From: an uncultured Acidobacteriota bacterium
Lineage (GTDB): Bacteria > Acidobacteriota > UBA6911
Direction of reading: 5' to 3'
Length of the DNA stretch: 64,000 bases
Assembly: GCA_963809485.1 (NCBI GenBank)
Contig: CAWEJX010000004.1
Span: forward strand, 192,001-256,000
Shown here: in pieces, positions 10,575 through 20,456 of the stretch
Layout of the letters: every line of letters begins with the position of its first letter
Position numbering within the stretch: position 1 is the stretch's first letter
Position numbers and translations under genes: made by a program
Notes under the pieces: model-generated
Told to the model about the DNA's origin: nothing
The model's database searches: none
The model's input: only the letters and a program-made list of their open reading frames with translations

Positions 10575-12155
10575 ATGAATCACCGCGCATTTCCGATCCT
10601 GTTCATCGCATTGCTGGCCAGCTTTGCGCTCTTTCCAGTCCCTGCGGCTGCTCAGCAGTCCTGCGAAAGTCTTATGTCTGTCAAAATTCCTAACGTAACA
10701 ATCACTTCAGCCAAGGCCGGCAGCCCCGGGATTTGAATTGCCCGCCCAATCCGGTTTAATGAATGTTCCACCCAGGAAAATCACGGTCCCCTTTTGCAGG
10801 ATTGAAGCTTATTCGGCGCCGACCAGCGACTCTCATATCGGCATCGAAGTGTGGCTTCCCGTTGCGGCGAACTGGAATGGGAAATTCCTGGCCGCGGGAA
10901 ATCCTGGATTCATCGGCTCATTGTCCAGCAGCGGGCTGGCGGCAATTATGGAGACCGGATATGTTGCCGCGGGAACCGATACGGGGCATGTGGACGCGGG
11001 ATTCGAGTGGGCCATAGGTCACCCCGAGAAATGGGCCGACTGGGGCTATCGCGCCGTCCACGAAATGGTTGTGGTAACCAAACAGCTGGCCGAGAAATAT
11101 TACGGCAAGCCCATTCAATATTCTTACTGGAACAGCTGCCACAACGGCGGCAACCAGGGGCTCAACGAAGCACAGCGCTACCCTGAAGATTTTGACGGAA
11201 TTGTCGCGGGCGATCCCGCCTACTACATATCGCACCTGCAGCCGGGCTCCCTGTACATCAGCTGGGTCGCGCTCAAAGACGGAGTCGGCGGCCCCGGGCA
11301 CATCCCGCCCGCAAAGGTCGCCGTCCTGAATAAAGCGGCCATCGCCGCCTGTGACGGGGACGATGGGCTCGTCGACGGTCTCATCACGGATCCCACGCGC
11401 TGCAGATTCGATCCTGCCGAGCATTCAGTGCAAAGGCGCGGATGACGGTTCCTGCCTTACCGCCGCGCCAGGTGGACACGGCGAAAAAGATTTATGCGGG
11501 CGCGAAATTCAAAGACGGCACCCAAATCTATAGCGGATTTGAGCCGGGAAGCGAGCAGAACTGGAACTTCATGATTGAGAAGGAGCCCTTTTCCGTCAAT
11601 ATCAACTACTTCAAAGGAATGGTTTTCCAGGACCCCAACTGGGATTTCCGCACCTTCGACGTGGACCGGGATACTCGGCTGGCCATAGATCGTACGGGCA
11701 AATACGTGGACGGCAACAATCCCGATTTGAGGCCTTTCAGGAAAGCGGGCGGCAAACTCATTATCATCGCCTCCTGGAACAGCATGGGCCTTCCGCCGCG
11801 ATCGGTGGTCGAATATTACAAAGAGGTGGAAAAAACCATGGGCGGGCCTGCGCAGACACAGGACTTCGCGCGCCTGTTCGCGGTGCCCGGATCGGGCGGC
11901 TGCCCCGGATTTATCATGAATACTGAGGATTTCAAAGCTTTCGAGGCCATGCTGGAATGGGTGGAAAAAGGCAAAGCTCCGGAGCGGATCATTTACTCGC
12001 ACAGAGAAGCGGGAGGCGCGACCGCAGGGATGGGGAGTCCGGGAAAGGTCTATCGCACCCGGCCGGCCTGCGCATATCCCAAGGTGCCCAGATACAAGGG
12101 AAGCAGCGATATCAATGACGCCGCCAATTTCACCTGCGTCTCTCCGAACAGATAG
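10575..12155 (+). CDS. Tannase/feruloyl esterase family protein, secreted; three apparent +1 frameshifts (~10730, ~11420, ~11465); non-canonical triad
   Basis: AAGGAGG RBS, signal peptide, SCESL, IEVWLP..NWNGK, TDTGH, WGYRAVHE, AQRYPEDFDGIVAG, CDGDDGLVDGLITDP, PDLRPFRKAGGKLI, RTRPACAYP. Confidence 0.88.
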
Positions 12156-12178
12156 AGTCCCTGAGTTCCGCGAGTCCC

Positions 12179-12232
12179 AAACGCTGACCAACGCTGAAAT
12201 CCACTGGGGATTATCAGCGCTGGTCAGCGTTT
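12179..12232. repeat. Symmetric TCAGCGT hairpin between convergent genes (possible terminator)
   Basis: aaacgctgaccaacgctga..tcagcgctggtcagcgttt followed by a T run. Confidence 0.75.
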
Positions 12233-12240
12233 TTATTGTG

Positions 12241-12702
12241 TCAGAATGAATCCTGCCGGAAATTAACCTGAAAGCTGTAGCCGTGGTGCTCGAACCCCAG
12301 GGACTCATAGAATGCATGCGCCCGCTCTCTCTTCAAGTTCGACGAAAGCACAGCCTTGTAGCAACCTTTATCCGCAGCCAGCCTGAGCGCATGCCGCATC
12401 ATGGCCTTGCCGATTCCCCGTTGCTGCCACTCCGGATCCACTGCGACATCTTCGATGATGGCGGAGGGATCGCCCAAATGGGCCAGGTTATGCATGATGA
12501 GCAGGGCGAAAGTGCCGACTATGTTTTTTCCGATGGTCGAGACATAAACCTTATAATCCGGGTAATGCGCCATCAGATTAAAGATCCGTTCGGCTTGTGC
12601 CAGCGGCAGCGTCTGCCCGCTGTCCAGGTCCGTCCGTGCATACAGGCGAAGCACCGCCGGAAGGTCCGCCATGGAAGCTTCCCGGCAAAGAATCTCGCTC
12701 AT
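12241..12702 (-). CDS. GNAT family N-acetyltransferase
   Basis: IIEDVAVDPEWQQRGIGK, GCYKAVLSSNLKRERAHAFYESLGF. Confidence 0.93.
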   Translation of the reverse strand: MSEILCREASMADLPAVLRLYARTDLDSGQTLPLAQAERIFNLMAHYPDYKVYVSTIGKNIVGTFALLIMHNLAHLGDPSAIIEDVAVDPEWQQRGIGKAMMRHALRLAADKGCYKAVLSSNLKRERAHAFYESLGFEHHGYSFQVNFRQDSF

Positions 12703-12777
12703 ATCATGACTCCATGCCGCCCCGCTTGAGGCTGCCTGCCGCAGATCACGCGGCCAAAGTGCTTTATTATTGATTAC

Positions 12778-13174
12778 ATTGGTAAACCCCCGGCTCTGCC
12801 GGGGGACTCAAAGAGATTGACAGCTCCGTATTTTGAAACGCTGAGAAACGCTGATAAAAGCGCTGACAAACACCGATTTGTTCGGCGAGGGTCGGCGAGC
12901 AAAAGCCGATGAGGCGCTTCCGATGGAGTTTTCTGCGGCGGCACTGTGGCAAATGCCCGGTTTCTCATACCCTTCATCTCCTTGCCGCACGGCGCTTGCC
13001 ACAGTGCCGCCGCAGAAAACTGTCCAGCGCGGAGCGCTGGCCCCTGCGGGGAACGGAAGCGCCTCATCGGCTTTTGCCCGCGTAAGTCAGCGTTCAAGAC
13101 CGGCGTAACTCCTCCAACCGCTTTGAGCGGTTCAAATCTTTCAAGCCTCCGGCTTTGCCGGAGGTACCTGACTC
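12778..13174 (-). mobile_element. Non-autonomous nested-palindrome element, longest copy (397 bp), IS200/IS605-like hairpin ends
   Basis: End hairpins cccccggc-tct-gccggggg, aaccgctttgagcggtt and cctccggctttgccggagg; TCAGCGT arms; 24-bp IR 12899-12922/13054-13077; 25-bp IR 12928-12952/12996-13020; inverted near-copy at 45969-46219. Confidence 0.8.
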
Positions 13175-13278
13175 GATCCGTTACATCCGGCGGCTGAACC
13201 TGTATCATTTTTGTTGGCACGAAACAAGATTTTGCATTCGCGCCCCTTCCGGCTTGCGTATATATCCGATGAGCGGGC

Positions 13279-13809
13279 GTGATGGCAGACACAACAGCGA
13301 TTATTACAATGACAGCGGATCTTCCGGAATTTGCCGACCTGGTGCGCGCGTACCAGCGGATGGTATTCAGCATCGCTTACCATTTCCTGCACGACCGTGC
13401 CGGCGCCGAAGATGTGGCTCAGGAGGTTTTCCTGCAGCTCCACCAGAAACTGTCATCGCTCAAATCGGAAGCGCACATCCGCTCGTGGCTGTGCAAAGTT
13501 GCCAGCCATCGCTGCATCGACCATGTGCGCAGCCGGAAGGAGGACCTTCCGCTTGACAGGATTCCGGAGCCTGTTTCGAAACCCAGTTCCGGAGATCCTC
13601 TAATGGCTGCGCTTGTGCAGCGCGCCGTCGCTTCGCTGCCCCCCAAAGCGCGCATCGTGGTGGTCCTGCGCTACCAGGAAGACCTCGAGCCGGCAGAGAT
13701 TGCGCGCGTACTGGGCTTAAGGGTCAATACCGTCAAGAGCCAGCTTCACCGCTCGCTGGATATATTGCGCCAAAAGCTGGGGGGCACTTTAGGAGATGTG
13801 GAATCATGA
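13279..13809 (+). CDS. ECF sigma-70 factor
   Basis: AEDVAQEVF, SWL..CIDHVR, region 4 LEPAEIARVLGLRVNTVKSQLHR. Confidence 0.93.
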   Translation: MMADTTAIITMTADLPEFADLVRAYQRMVFSIAYHFLHDRAGAEDVAQEVFLQLHQKLSSLKSEAHIRSWLCKVASHRCIDHVRSRKEDLPLDRIPEPVSKPSSGDPLMAALVQRAVASLPPKARIVVVLRYQEDLEPAEIARVLGLRVNTVKSQLHRSLDILRQKLGGTLGDVES

Positions 13810-14135
13810 ATCGCCTGGAAAATGAGCTGCGCAAAGCAATGAAGCGGGAGGAACCGCCGGAGGATTTTGCCGATCGGGTTCTTGCGCGGGTTTCTGAGAG
13901 AAAGCAGGTCTCCCCGATTAATTTCCTGATGCGGGCTTCTTTCAGATGGGCCTTAGCCGGTGCCCTATGCCTGCTGCTGGTTGTGGCCGGAGTCGAGTAC
14001 CGTCAGGATAAGCAGGAACAGGCCCGGGGCGAGGCCGCCAAAGCACAGCTCATGCTGGCTCTGCGCATTACCGCCGGCAAGCTTCAGCTGGCCCAGGAGA
14101 AGGTCCAGCAAATTGGTGATCTGCAACGCTATTGA
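13806..14135 (+). CDS. Putative membrane anti-sigma factor
   Basis: ATGA overlap with sigma; EPPEDFADRVLAR then a TM helix. Confidence 0.75.
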   Translation: MNRLENELRKAMKREEPPEDFADRVLARVSERKQVSPINFLMRASFRWALAGALCLLLVVAGVEYRQDKQEQARGEAAKAQLMLALRITAGKLQLAQEKVQQIGDLQRY

Positions 14136-14152
14136 ATATGGAGAAGAATTTT

Positions 14153-14716
14153 ATGCGAAATACAACCTTTATATGCTTTTCAATCCTCGGCCTGGCATTA
14201 AACGCCTTTGCACAGGCGGCAACCTCCTGCAAGCTTCCCATCAACCTGGACAGGCTTGCTGCCAAAGCCGCGGAGGTCGTGGATGTCGATATGGATGCCA
14301 ACATGCTTCAATTCGCGGGCAAATTTCTTAATGGGCAAAAATCGGATGAAGCCCAGGTCCGGAAACTGATATCCGGTCTAAAAGGGCTTTGCGTCCGCAG
14401 CTTCGAGTTCGATGGGGAGGGCCAATACGCCGCTGAAGACGTCGAAGCGATCCGTAGCCAGTTTCAAAGCCCCACCTGGTCCCGCATGGTTGGCGTGCGC
14501 AGCAAACGCGACAGGGAAAATGTCGATGTCTTCTTTCGGATGGAAAAAGGTTCCGTCACGGGGCTGGCCGTAATCGCCGCAGAACCGAAGGAGTTAACCT
14601 TCGTCCACATCGATGGCGTCATCGATCCACAGCAACTGAATGAATTGGGCGGCCAGTTTGGCATCCCCAAGGTGGAAATGCCTGAAAAGCCAGCGGGAAA
14701 GGCGGAATCCAAATGA
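14153..14716 (+). CDS. DUF4252 domain secreted protein
   Basis: Signal peptide; VRSFEFD, AEPKELTFVHIDG..QFGIP. Confidence 0.8.
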   Translation: MRNTTFICFSILGLALNAFAQAATSCKLPINLDRLAAKAAEVVDVDMDANMLQFAGKFLNGQKSDEAQVRKLISGLKGLCVRSFEFDGEGQYAAEDVEAIRSQFQSPTWSRMVGVRSKRDRENVDVFFRMEKGSVTGLAVIAAEPKELTFVHIDGVIDPQQLNELGGQFGIPKVEMPEKPAGKAESK

Positions 14717-15201
14717 AGCGGATCGGCGCGATTGGGCTGGCCTGGATCGTGTTGTCGGTCCCGTGCTTTGCCGACGATTTTGATGCGGTAGTGCAAGGGA
14801 TTGAATCGCACTACGGCATTCAGCGCGTAAATCCTCACCTGATCGGATTTGCGACATTTTTGGCCAAACCGGTGTTGTGGGGAAGCGGGGCGGGTGAATT
14901 GAAGATCGCCGCGTTTGAAAACGACAGCCGCCCCCTCAAACCCTCCGTGCGCGAACTGGACAAAATCATGGTCTCATCCCTCGATCCCAAATGGCATCCA
15001 TTTGTGCGTGTGGATTCACGCAAAGATGGTGAAGCCGTGGTCATCTATTCGATCGTTAAGGATCAGCACATGACCATGATGATCGGTTCGGTTGAGCGCG
15101 ACGGCATCTCCCTGGTGCAGATCAGAATCAGCCCGAAAGCCTTCGAAGACTGGAGGACCAGTCCCGGGGATAAAGCAAAATGCGCATCCCAAACAAATTA
15201 A
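14713..15201 (+). CDS. Secreted hypothetical protein of the ECF/DUF4252 operon
   Basis: ATGA overlap; signal peptide; WHPFVRV motif. Confidence 0.7.
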   Translation: MKRIGAIGLAWIVLSVPCFADDFDAVVQGIESHYGIQRVNPHLIGFATFLAKPVLWGSGAGELKIAAFENDSRPLKPSVRELDKIMVSSLDPKWHPFVRVDSRKDGEAVVIYSIVKDQHMTMMIGSVERDGISLVQIRISPKAFEDWRTSPGDKAKCASQTN

Positions 15202-15621
15202 TCTGCATTTCTCAATGCCTTGCGCAACCAGACGCAGCAACACAGCCCCGTGTGGAAGCTGCGTAACGAGCCGAAGCCGCATACCTGCGGAGCATTTTCC
15301 CTTGTACAATGGCCCGGAGCAAGCGTACTTTGCCGACTGGATATATCATCCTCCCAGGCTCATCGGAGAGTCCGCGCCTCAAATTGCTGATGCGGCGGAT
15401 TCGATTCCACTTGAAGGGAATAGGTCCGACTGGGCTTGTCACAATCCGGGTATGAATCCCTCGCCTATTTAGTCCAGGAAGAAGCCGGGTGATCTCCATG
15501 GACATTGAAGGCGCCCGCCCTGCCAGAATGGCTCTCAATGCCCGAATAATATCGAGTGTCCTCAATTCATTCTCCGCATATGCGGAGCCGGCAACTTCTC
15601 CTCATCTGTTCAAAGGGCTCC

Positions 15622-15657
15622 TTGATATTTCAGGACATATTTATGTACTATTTCTTT
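15622..15657 (+). promoter_or_regulatory. Putative leaderless promoter/operator of the Phd-PIN TA pair
   Basis: TTGATA-18 nt-TACTAT, 6 nt before ATG 15658; acatatttatgt palindrome in the spacer. Confidence 0.55.
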
Positions 15658-15906
15658 ATGAAATCCGTACCAATAAATGAACTCAAACAAAGGCTTGCAT
15701 CGATTGTCGCCGAAGCCGAAGCGGGCTACGATGTGCTCATAACAAAACATAACAAGCCTGTAGCCCGGTTGACTCGTCCGGACACGCAGCACCTGCACAG
15801 AGGATCGCGATTCGGTAAAGCGAAATTGACTCCGGTCATGAAGGGAAAAACGGCGGGGCGCTATCTTCAAATACTCGAAAAAGATCGTGACTCGGACACC
15901 CGGTGA
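15658..15906 (+). CDS. Phd/YefM family antitoxin
   Basis: MKSVPINELKQRLASIV..VLITKHNKPVARL. Confidence 0.9.
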   Translation: MKSVPINELKQRLASIVAEAEAGYDVLITKHNKPVARLTRPDTQHLHRGSRFGKAKLTPVMKGKTAGRYLQILEKDRDSDTR

Positions 15907-16328
15907 TATCCATGGCAAAGCGATTGTATCTGGATACCTCCGCGTATTTATGCATCCTGTTGGGCGAAACCGGGCACGAGAAGCTGGTCCGGGAAACAAC
16001 AGGGGCGGAATTGCTCTCCAGCGTTATCCTTGTGCTTGAAACCGGCAGAAACCTGATAAGACTTTCCCGCGAAGGTATTCTCACCGCCGCTGATTTTCAG
16101 GCATGCATGTCTGCCTTCAGTGACCATATGCAACAGTTTCTGCTGCGCGATCTCACTCTTGATTTATGCGGATCCATGATGATGCCGGTGGTCTCAACTC
16201 CTCGTTCGTTTGACCTTGCGCATTTACGCACAGCTCTGTGGTTTCATCAACGGAAGAAGCTCCATCGTTTTGTCACGCTCGATCAATCCCAGGAAATGTC
16301 CGCCCGTGAACTGGGATTGCCCGTATAG
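15903..16328 (+). CDS. PIN-domain (VapC-like) toxin
   Basis: LYLDTSA, RSFDLAHLRTAL, FVTLD..ARELGL; overlaps antitoxin stop. Confidence 0.88.
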   Translation: MISMAKRLYLDTSAYLCILLGETGHEKLVRETTGAELLSSVILVLETGRNLIRLSREGILTAADFQACMSAFSDHMQQFLLRDLTLDLCGSMMMPVVSTPRSFDLAHLRTALWFHQRKKLHRFVTLDQSQEMSARELGLPV

Positions 16329-16639
16329 GATATCGTCGCAGTCGACGAGCAGGCCCGGGGTAGCCTTTTCCATCAGGCATTTTCCGCTCATTCCCATTTC
16401 AAAAGATGGGAATAACCACTCGCTTTCCAATTCATGGAACGCATCCGGCCGATTCTCCTCAAAGCCAGGCGGCTTCCGGCTGCACAGAAACCTGATTCTG
16501 TCCTTGCCCGGGCAATTTTGCAGTGTACCCTTGCGACAAAGCATACCCAGCGACACATCAAAGCGCAGGGCAATCCATAGGATGAAAGGATCCGAAGCCG
16601 GGTGCGCCGATTGGAAAAGCGCAATGCGGCTTAGACGAT

Positions 16640-16951
16640 TTATCCGCTCAGGCCGTCGATCAAATGGAGGATGGCCAGGATGGGATGCCGTTTCAGCATG
16701 CGCGGGCCCGCATACCGCATCACGGTCTGGATCTTGTCGCGCATCTCCACCTTGTAGCAGTGAACGGAGCATTTCGCGCAGGTAGGTTTCTCATCCTGGA
16801 ACCGGCAGGTCTCGAGTCTGCGCCGGGCATAGGACTGCAGCGCGCTGCAATCCTCGCATAAGACGGTTTTATGCCCATGGTGATCACGGCAGTATATACG
16901 GATCATGGCCAAAACTGTCTTTTGTTCTCGTTTAATTCTGGAAGCGAGCAT
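16640..16951 (-). CDS. YgbA / nitrous-oxide-stimulated promoter family protein
   Basis: REQKTV..IYCRDHH..C..C..KPTCAKCSVHCY..MRYAGPRMLKRHP. Confidence 0.88.
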   Translation of the reverse strand: MLASRIKREQKTVLAMIRIYCRDHHGHKTVLCEDCSALQSYARRRLETCRFQDEKPTCAKCSVHCYKVEMRDKIQTVMRYAGPRMLKRHPILAILHLIDGLSG

Positions 16952-17087
16952 CTTATCGAACAGTCTGCCATGTGGCGGCACGGCATTCAATCGTCACCCG
17001 TCCATCGCATCGAGATATTCGAAAGCTGGCCATGCCAGGCAACCGGGACAACGTCAGCAACACGACAGTCGCACGACAGCAACAGTA

Positions 17088-17172
17088 GGACAGGCTGCGT
17101 AATTCCCTAATTCCCATAAGGTTGCCGGTACTGCAGGCACCCACATAGCTTGGGGAATTACATAGCCTGTCC
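17088..17172. repeat. GGACAG-type REP-like inverted repeat
   Basis: ggacaggctgcgtaattccc (17088-17107) and gggaattacatagcctgtcc (17153-17172), 18/20 match; half copy at 47468-47491. Confidence 0.7.
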
Positions 17173-17185
17173 CCCTTTTTCCCGC

Positions 17186-17219
17186 TTGATTCAATATATA
17201 AATACTTGTATATTAATGC
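17186..17219 (+). promoter_or_regulatory. Leaderless promoter with palindromic operator for the HigBA-like pair
   Basis: TTGATT-17 nt-TATATT, 5 nt before ATG; AATATATAA-ATAC-TTGTATATT inverted repeat. Confidence 0.7.
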
Positions 17220-17582
17220 ATGGCCGATAAGCCCCTTTTCTGGCTTGGATCCTCGCTTGCCGACTTGAGGTCCTTTCCCGCAGATGCGAGGCGGATTGCC
17301 GGATTTCAGTTGCGCCGGATTCAACAAGGGTTGGACCCAAACGACTGGAAGCCGATTCCCGCTGTCGGCCAGGGGGTCCGGGAAATCAGGATTCACATGG
17401 GGCTTGAGTTCAGGGTGCTGTATGTCGCGCAGTTTGCCGAAGGCCTCTATGTTCTTCATGCGTTTGAAAAACGGACGCAAAGGATGTCCAAATGCGACAT
17501 AGAGCTGGGAAGCAAACGCCTTGCAGCCCTATTGGCAGGAACGCGGGCCTCAAAACGCCAGTCAAAAAAAGGTAATTTATGA
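17220..17582 (+). CDS. RelE/HigB (Gp49-like) toxin
   Basis: WLGSSLADLRSFP..GLDPNDWKP..GVREIRI..FRVLYVA..VLHAFEKRTQ. Confidence 0.92.
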   Translation: MADKPLFWLGSSLADLRSFPADARRIAGFQLRRIQQGLDPNDWKPIPAVGQGVREIRIHMGLEFRVLYVAQFAEGLYVLHAFEKRTQRMSKCDIELGSKRLAALLAGTRASKRQSKKGNL

Positions 17583-17887
17583 GAGTCAAAATTACTCGGT
17601 CCAACCGCAATGTCTTCCGTGACCTTGGCTTCGATGTGCAGGAGGCGGAACACCTGAGGATTCGCGCCGATCTGATGATTGAGCTTCAAAAGCGAATTGC
17701 CGAAGGTGTATATAAACAGGCCGACGCCGCGAAAATCCTGAAAGTGACGCAGCCCCGGATAAGCGACCTTATCAATGGCAGGATTGATTTGTTCAGCACC
17801 GATACACTCATAGATATGCTGGCGCTCTTCGGCACCAGGGTCCATTTGATTCTAAAGCCTTCGCGCAATACCCGCCGAGTTGCATAG
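17579..17887 (+). CDS. HigA-like XRE HTH antitoxin
   Basis: NVFRDLGF, QADAAKILKVTQPRISDLINGRIDLFS; ATGA overlap. Confidence 0.92.
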   Translation: MRVKITRSNRNVFRDLGFDVQEAEHLRIRADLMIELQKRIAEGVYKQADAAKILKVTQPRISDLINGRIDLFSTDTLIDMLALFGTRVHLILKPSRNTRRVA

Positions 17888-17903
17888 CGATTTGATAGAT
17901 CGT

Positions 17904-18154
17904 AATTCGGGGTCGGACCACGCTAAATAACTGGCATTAAAGGGTAAAGGTGCAGTTTTGCAGGTCTAAATGGGCTTAGAGCAGAATTGGGGAGGGTATT
18001 TTTGACTGTAAGAAAACAGGGATGTCTCCAATCAGTATGAAAATCCTTACACGTAAAATATGCCGCCCCAAATTGCAGCCGGCCCTTTTATCGGTCCCGA
18101 AAAATTGGTTATCAATAATCCTGCGAAGGCTTTATCGTGGTCTCACCCCCCGTT
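17904..18154 (+). repeat. ~250-bp MITE/REPIN-like repeat, intact copy (empty target site of the integrative element)
   Basis: Termini ggggtcggaccacg..cgtggtctcacccc are inverted; body aligns with 22900-23003 plus 26917-26960 and with 20457-20617. Confidence 0.8.
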
Positions 18155-18203
18155 CGATTCAAAATAGATGGCGACAAGGCGTATATGATGGTAATATACT
18201 ACA

Positions 18204-18518
18204 GTGCCTGAATGGAACCGGGTGGAAGGCTTTGAATGGGATGAGGGCAACGCCCGAAAGAGCGCTGAGAAACATGGTGCATCTCAGGCTGAAGCGGAGT
18301 CTGTGTTCTTCAGTAATCCCTTGGTTGTTGTCCCGGATCCACGACACAGCCATGCGGAATCGCGCTACCACGCCCTCGGCCGGACAGTCTCAGGGCGGTT
18401 GCTGCATGTGGTGTTCACTCTTCGCCGCCGGGAGACGCTGATCCGCGTTATTTCCGCCCGTGACATGAATAGGAAGGAACGAACTGTTTATGCGAAAGAA
18501 ACGAAAGCCCATTCCTAA
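18204..18518 (+). CDS. brnT: BrnT family toxin
   Basis: GFEWDEGNARKS.EKHG, ESRYHALGRT, VFTLR..IRVISARDMNRKER; gtatat..atatac palindrome just upstream. Confidence 0.92.
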   Translation: MPEWNRVEGFEWDEGNARKSAEKHGASQAEAESVFFSNPLVVVPDPRHSHAESRYHALGRTVSGRLLHVVFTLRRRETLIRVISARDMNRKERTVYAKETKAHS

Positions 18519-18750
18519 GTTTTCCTCAGAGGCGGAAGAACGCGCGTTTTGGGAATCCGGCGATTCCACGGATTTTGTGGATTGGAGCCAGGCGAAACAC
18601 GTTCGCCTGCCCAAACTAAAACCGTCCACCCAATCCATATCGCTCAGGCTTCCTGTGATTCTTTTCGAGCGTATCAGAGTTGAGGCGAACAGGCGAGACG
18701 TTCCCTACCAATCCCTTATAAAGACTTGGCTCAGCGAGAAAGTGGGATAG
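18490..18750 (+). CDS. brnA: BrnA/CopG family antitoxin
   Basis: IPKFSSEAEERAFWES.DST, SISLRLP, DVPYQSLIKTWL. Confidence 0.9.
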   Translation: MRKKRKPIPKFSSEAEERAFWESGDSTDFVDWSQAKHVRLPKLKPSTQSISLRLPVILFERIRVEANRRDVPYQSLIKTWLSEKVG

Positions 18751-18897
18751 GCTTTGTTGTTCGAGTTCCTGTTCCAATGCCTTCCGGTTCGTAAACGCAC
18801 CGCGGGTTTTCTCAAAACCTTACAATGGATTCGCAGCCGGACCCCATGAACCGGCATTATTCATGAAGCTTCTGCTGCAGCGGCAAAGTCTCATGAG

Positions 18898-19095
18898 AAG
18901 GGGACAGTCACGACTGTCCCCTTTTTCTGATCGCAGGGGAGTATTACTTTGGAAGGTCACAAGCGGACAATGGGCTCACAGGACGCATACGAAGAAATCA
19001 CCCTCGCACCAGTGCTGGAAGAGTGGGGACGTCCACCTCGTTCCATTTTTTCGGCAGCTGAAAAGAAAATCGAGGCTTACGTCCCCGTTTCCCCC
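18898..19095. repeat. GGGGAC/GTCCCC REP-like palindromes
   Basis: aaggggacagtcacgactgtcccctt; ggggacgt (19025) with acgtcccc (19079). Confidence 0.6.
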
Positions 19096-19153
19096 CGGCA
19101 ATGGATGCGAGAAGCGGCCGGCAAGTAAAAAATTCATCTTAAAAAAAGAGACC

Positions 19154-19187
19154 ATAGTCCACTTTACTAATGAGTAAAGTGGACTAT
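19154..19187. promoter_or_regulatory. Perfect 15-bp inverted repeat (putative operator) before the AAA gene
   Basis: ATAGTCCACTTTACT-AATG-AGTAAAGTGGACTAT, 10 nt before ATG 19198. Confidence 0.65.
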
Positions 19188-19197
19188 AGTCCGTTTT

Positions 19198-20334
19198 ATG
19201 CGAGTTCCGCGTTATCTCGAGAGTGCTGTGGGCGAGGCGTTGCGCAAGAAGATGGCATTCGTCGGCGGTCCCAGGCAGGTCGGCAAAACGACGTTTGCGC
19301 TTGGCTTTCTCGGCAAAAATGCCGATGAAACGCACCCTGCCTATTTAAACTGGGACCGCCCGAGCGTTCCACCCAAATTGAGAAAAGCGGAAATGCCGGC
19401 CGGAGAGCCTCTCGTGCTTCTGGATGAAATCCACAAGTACGCCCGCTGGAGGGGCATGGTCAAGGGAATCTTCGATGTTGAGAAGTCCCGCGGAAAATTC
19501 CTTGTGACCGGTTCCGCCCGGCTCGATTATTATCGTAAAGGGGGAGACTCTCTCGCGGGCCGCTACCGGTAATTTCGTCTCCATCCCTTCTCTCTGAGAG
19601 AACTCAATCGCCACCCGTTGCGGTCGGACCTTTCGGCTTTGCTGCAGTTCGGCGGATTTCCCGAGCCTTTATTCTCGCAGAATGAACCGGAGCATCGAAT
19701 CTGGCGTCGAGACCGCATCGTGCGAGTCGTTCGACAGGACCTCCGTGATTTGGAACAGGTCCGGGAAATCAGTCTCATGGAACACCTGGCCGATTTGCTG
19801 CCGTCCAAAGCAGGTTCCCCGCTGTCGATCAAGAGCCTGAGGGAGGGCCTCCAGATCGACCACAAAACGGCGGAACGCTAGCTGCAGATCCTGGAGAATC
19901 TCTATGTCTGCTTCCGCGTCTCTCCCTATGGCCCCCCGAGGATCCGAGCCGTGAAAAAGGAAAGGAAGTTGTATCTCTGGGACTGGTCGAGCGTTGAGGA
20001 TGCCGGGGCTCGATTTGAGAACCTGGTCGCCTCTCAGCTTCTGAAGTATTGCCACTGGATTGAAGATACCGAGGGCTACCCGATGGAACTCAGGTACCTT
20101 CGAGATACGGACAAACGCGAAGTCGATTTTGTGGTTCTGAAAGATCGCAAGCCACTGTGGGCGGTAGAATGCAAATCAGGAGAGAAGTCCGTCGGTCAAG
20201 CGCTCCGCTACTTCGCCGAAAGAACCGCAATCCCTCGATTTTTCCAGACGCGTCTCGGCGAGAGGCACTTCGAAAGTGGCAAGATCACGGTGTTGCCATT
20301 CACGCGGCTTTGTCAAGAGCTCGAGCTGCCATAG
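19198..20334 (+). pseudogene. AAA_14 + DUF4143 ATP-binding protein with two in-frame stops
   Basis: GPRQVGKTT, LDEIH, TGSA, GGFPEP, FENLVA, EVDFV in one frame; TAA at 19570-19572 (RYR*FRLHP), TAG at 19879-19881 (ER*LQILE). Confidence 0.88.
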
Positions 20335-20456
20335 CGCCGGGGGGCTTGAAACAATATGAGAAAAGATCACGGTCTTGCGGGTTTTCTGTTAGGAGATTGT
20401 ATCCGATGCGATATCGGTTCATCAGCTGCTGCGATATCGTAACGGTGTCACGGGCT

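Noticed and set aside
12767-13373. ORFs over the palindromic element (also 46007-46333, 38521-39255 and the 34943 N-terminal extension)
   Set aside because: Translations of repeat DNA (SAFISVSQR-like strings) or antisense shadows with no protein motifs.
15212-15565. ORF starting LRTLDIIRALRAILAGRAPSMSMEIT, faintly like a NarL-type linker
   Set aside because: Similarity spans under 30 residues with no receiver or HTH motif; too weak to call.
19570-19881. In-frame stops as recoding (pyrrolysine or readthrough)
   Set aside because: One is TAA at an expected Tyr and the other TAG at an expected Trp, each a single-base nonsense change; other genes here use these codons as stops.
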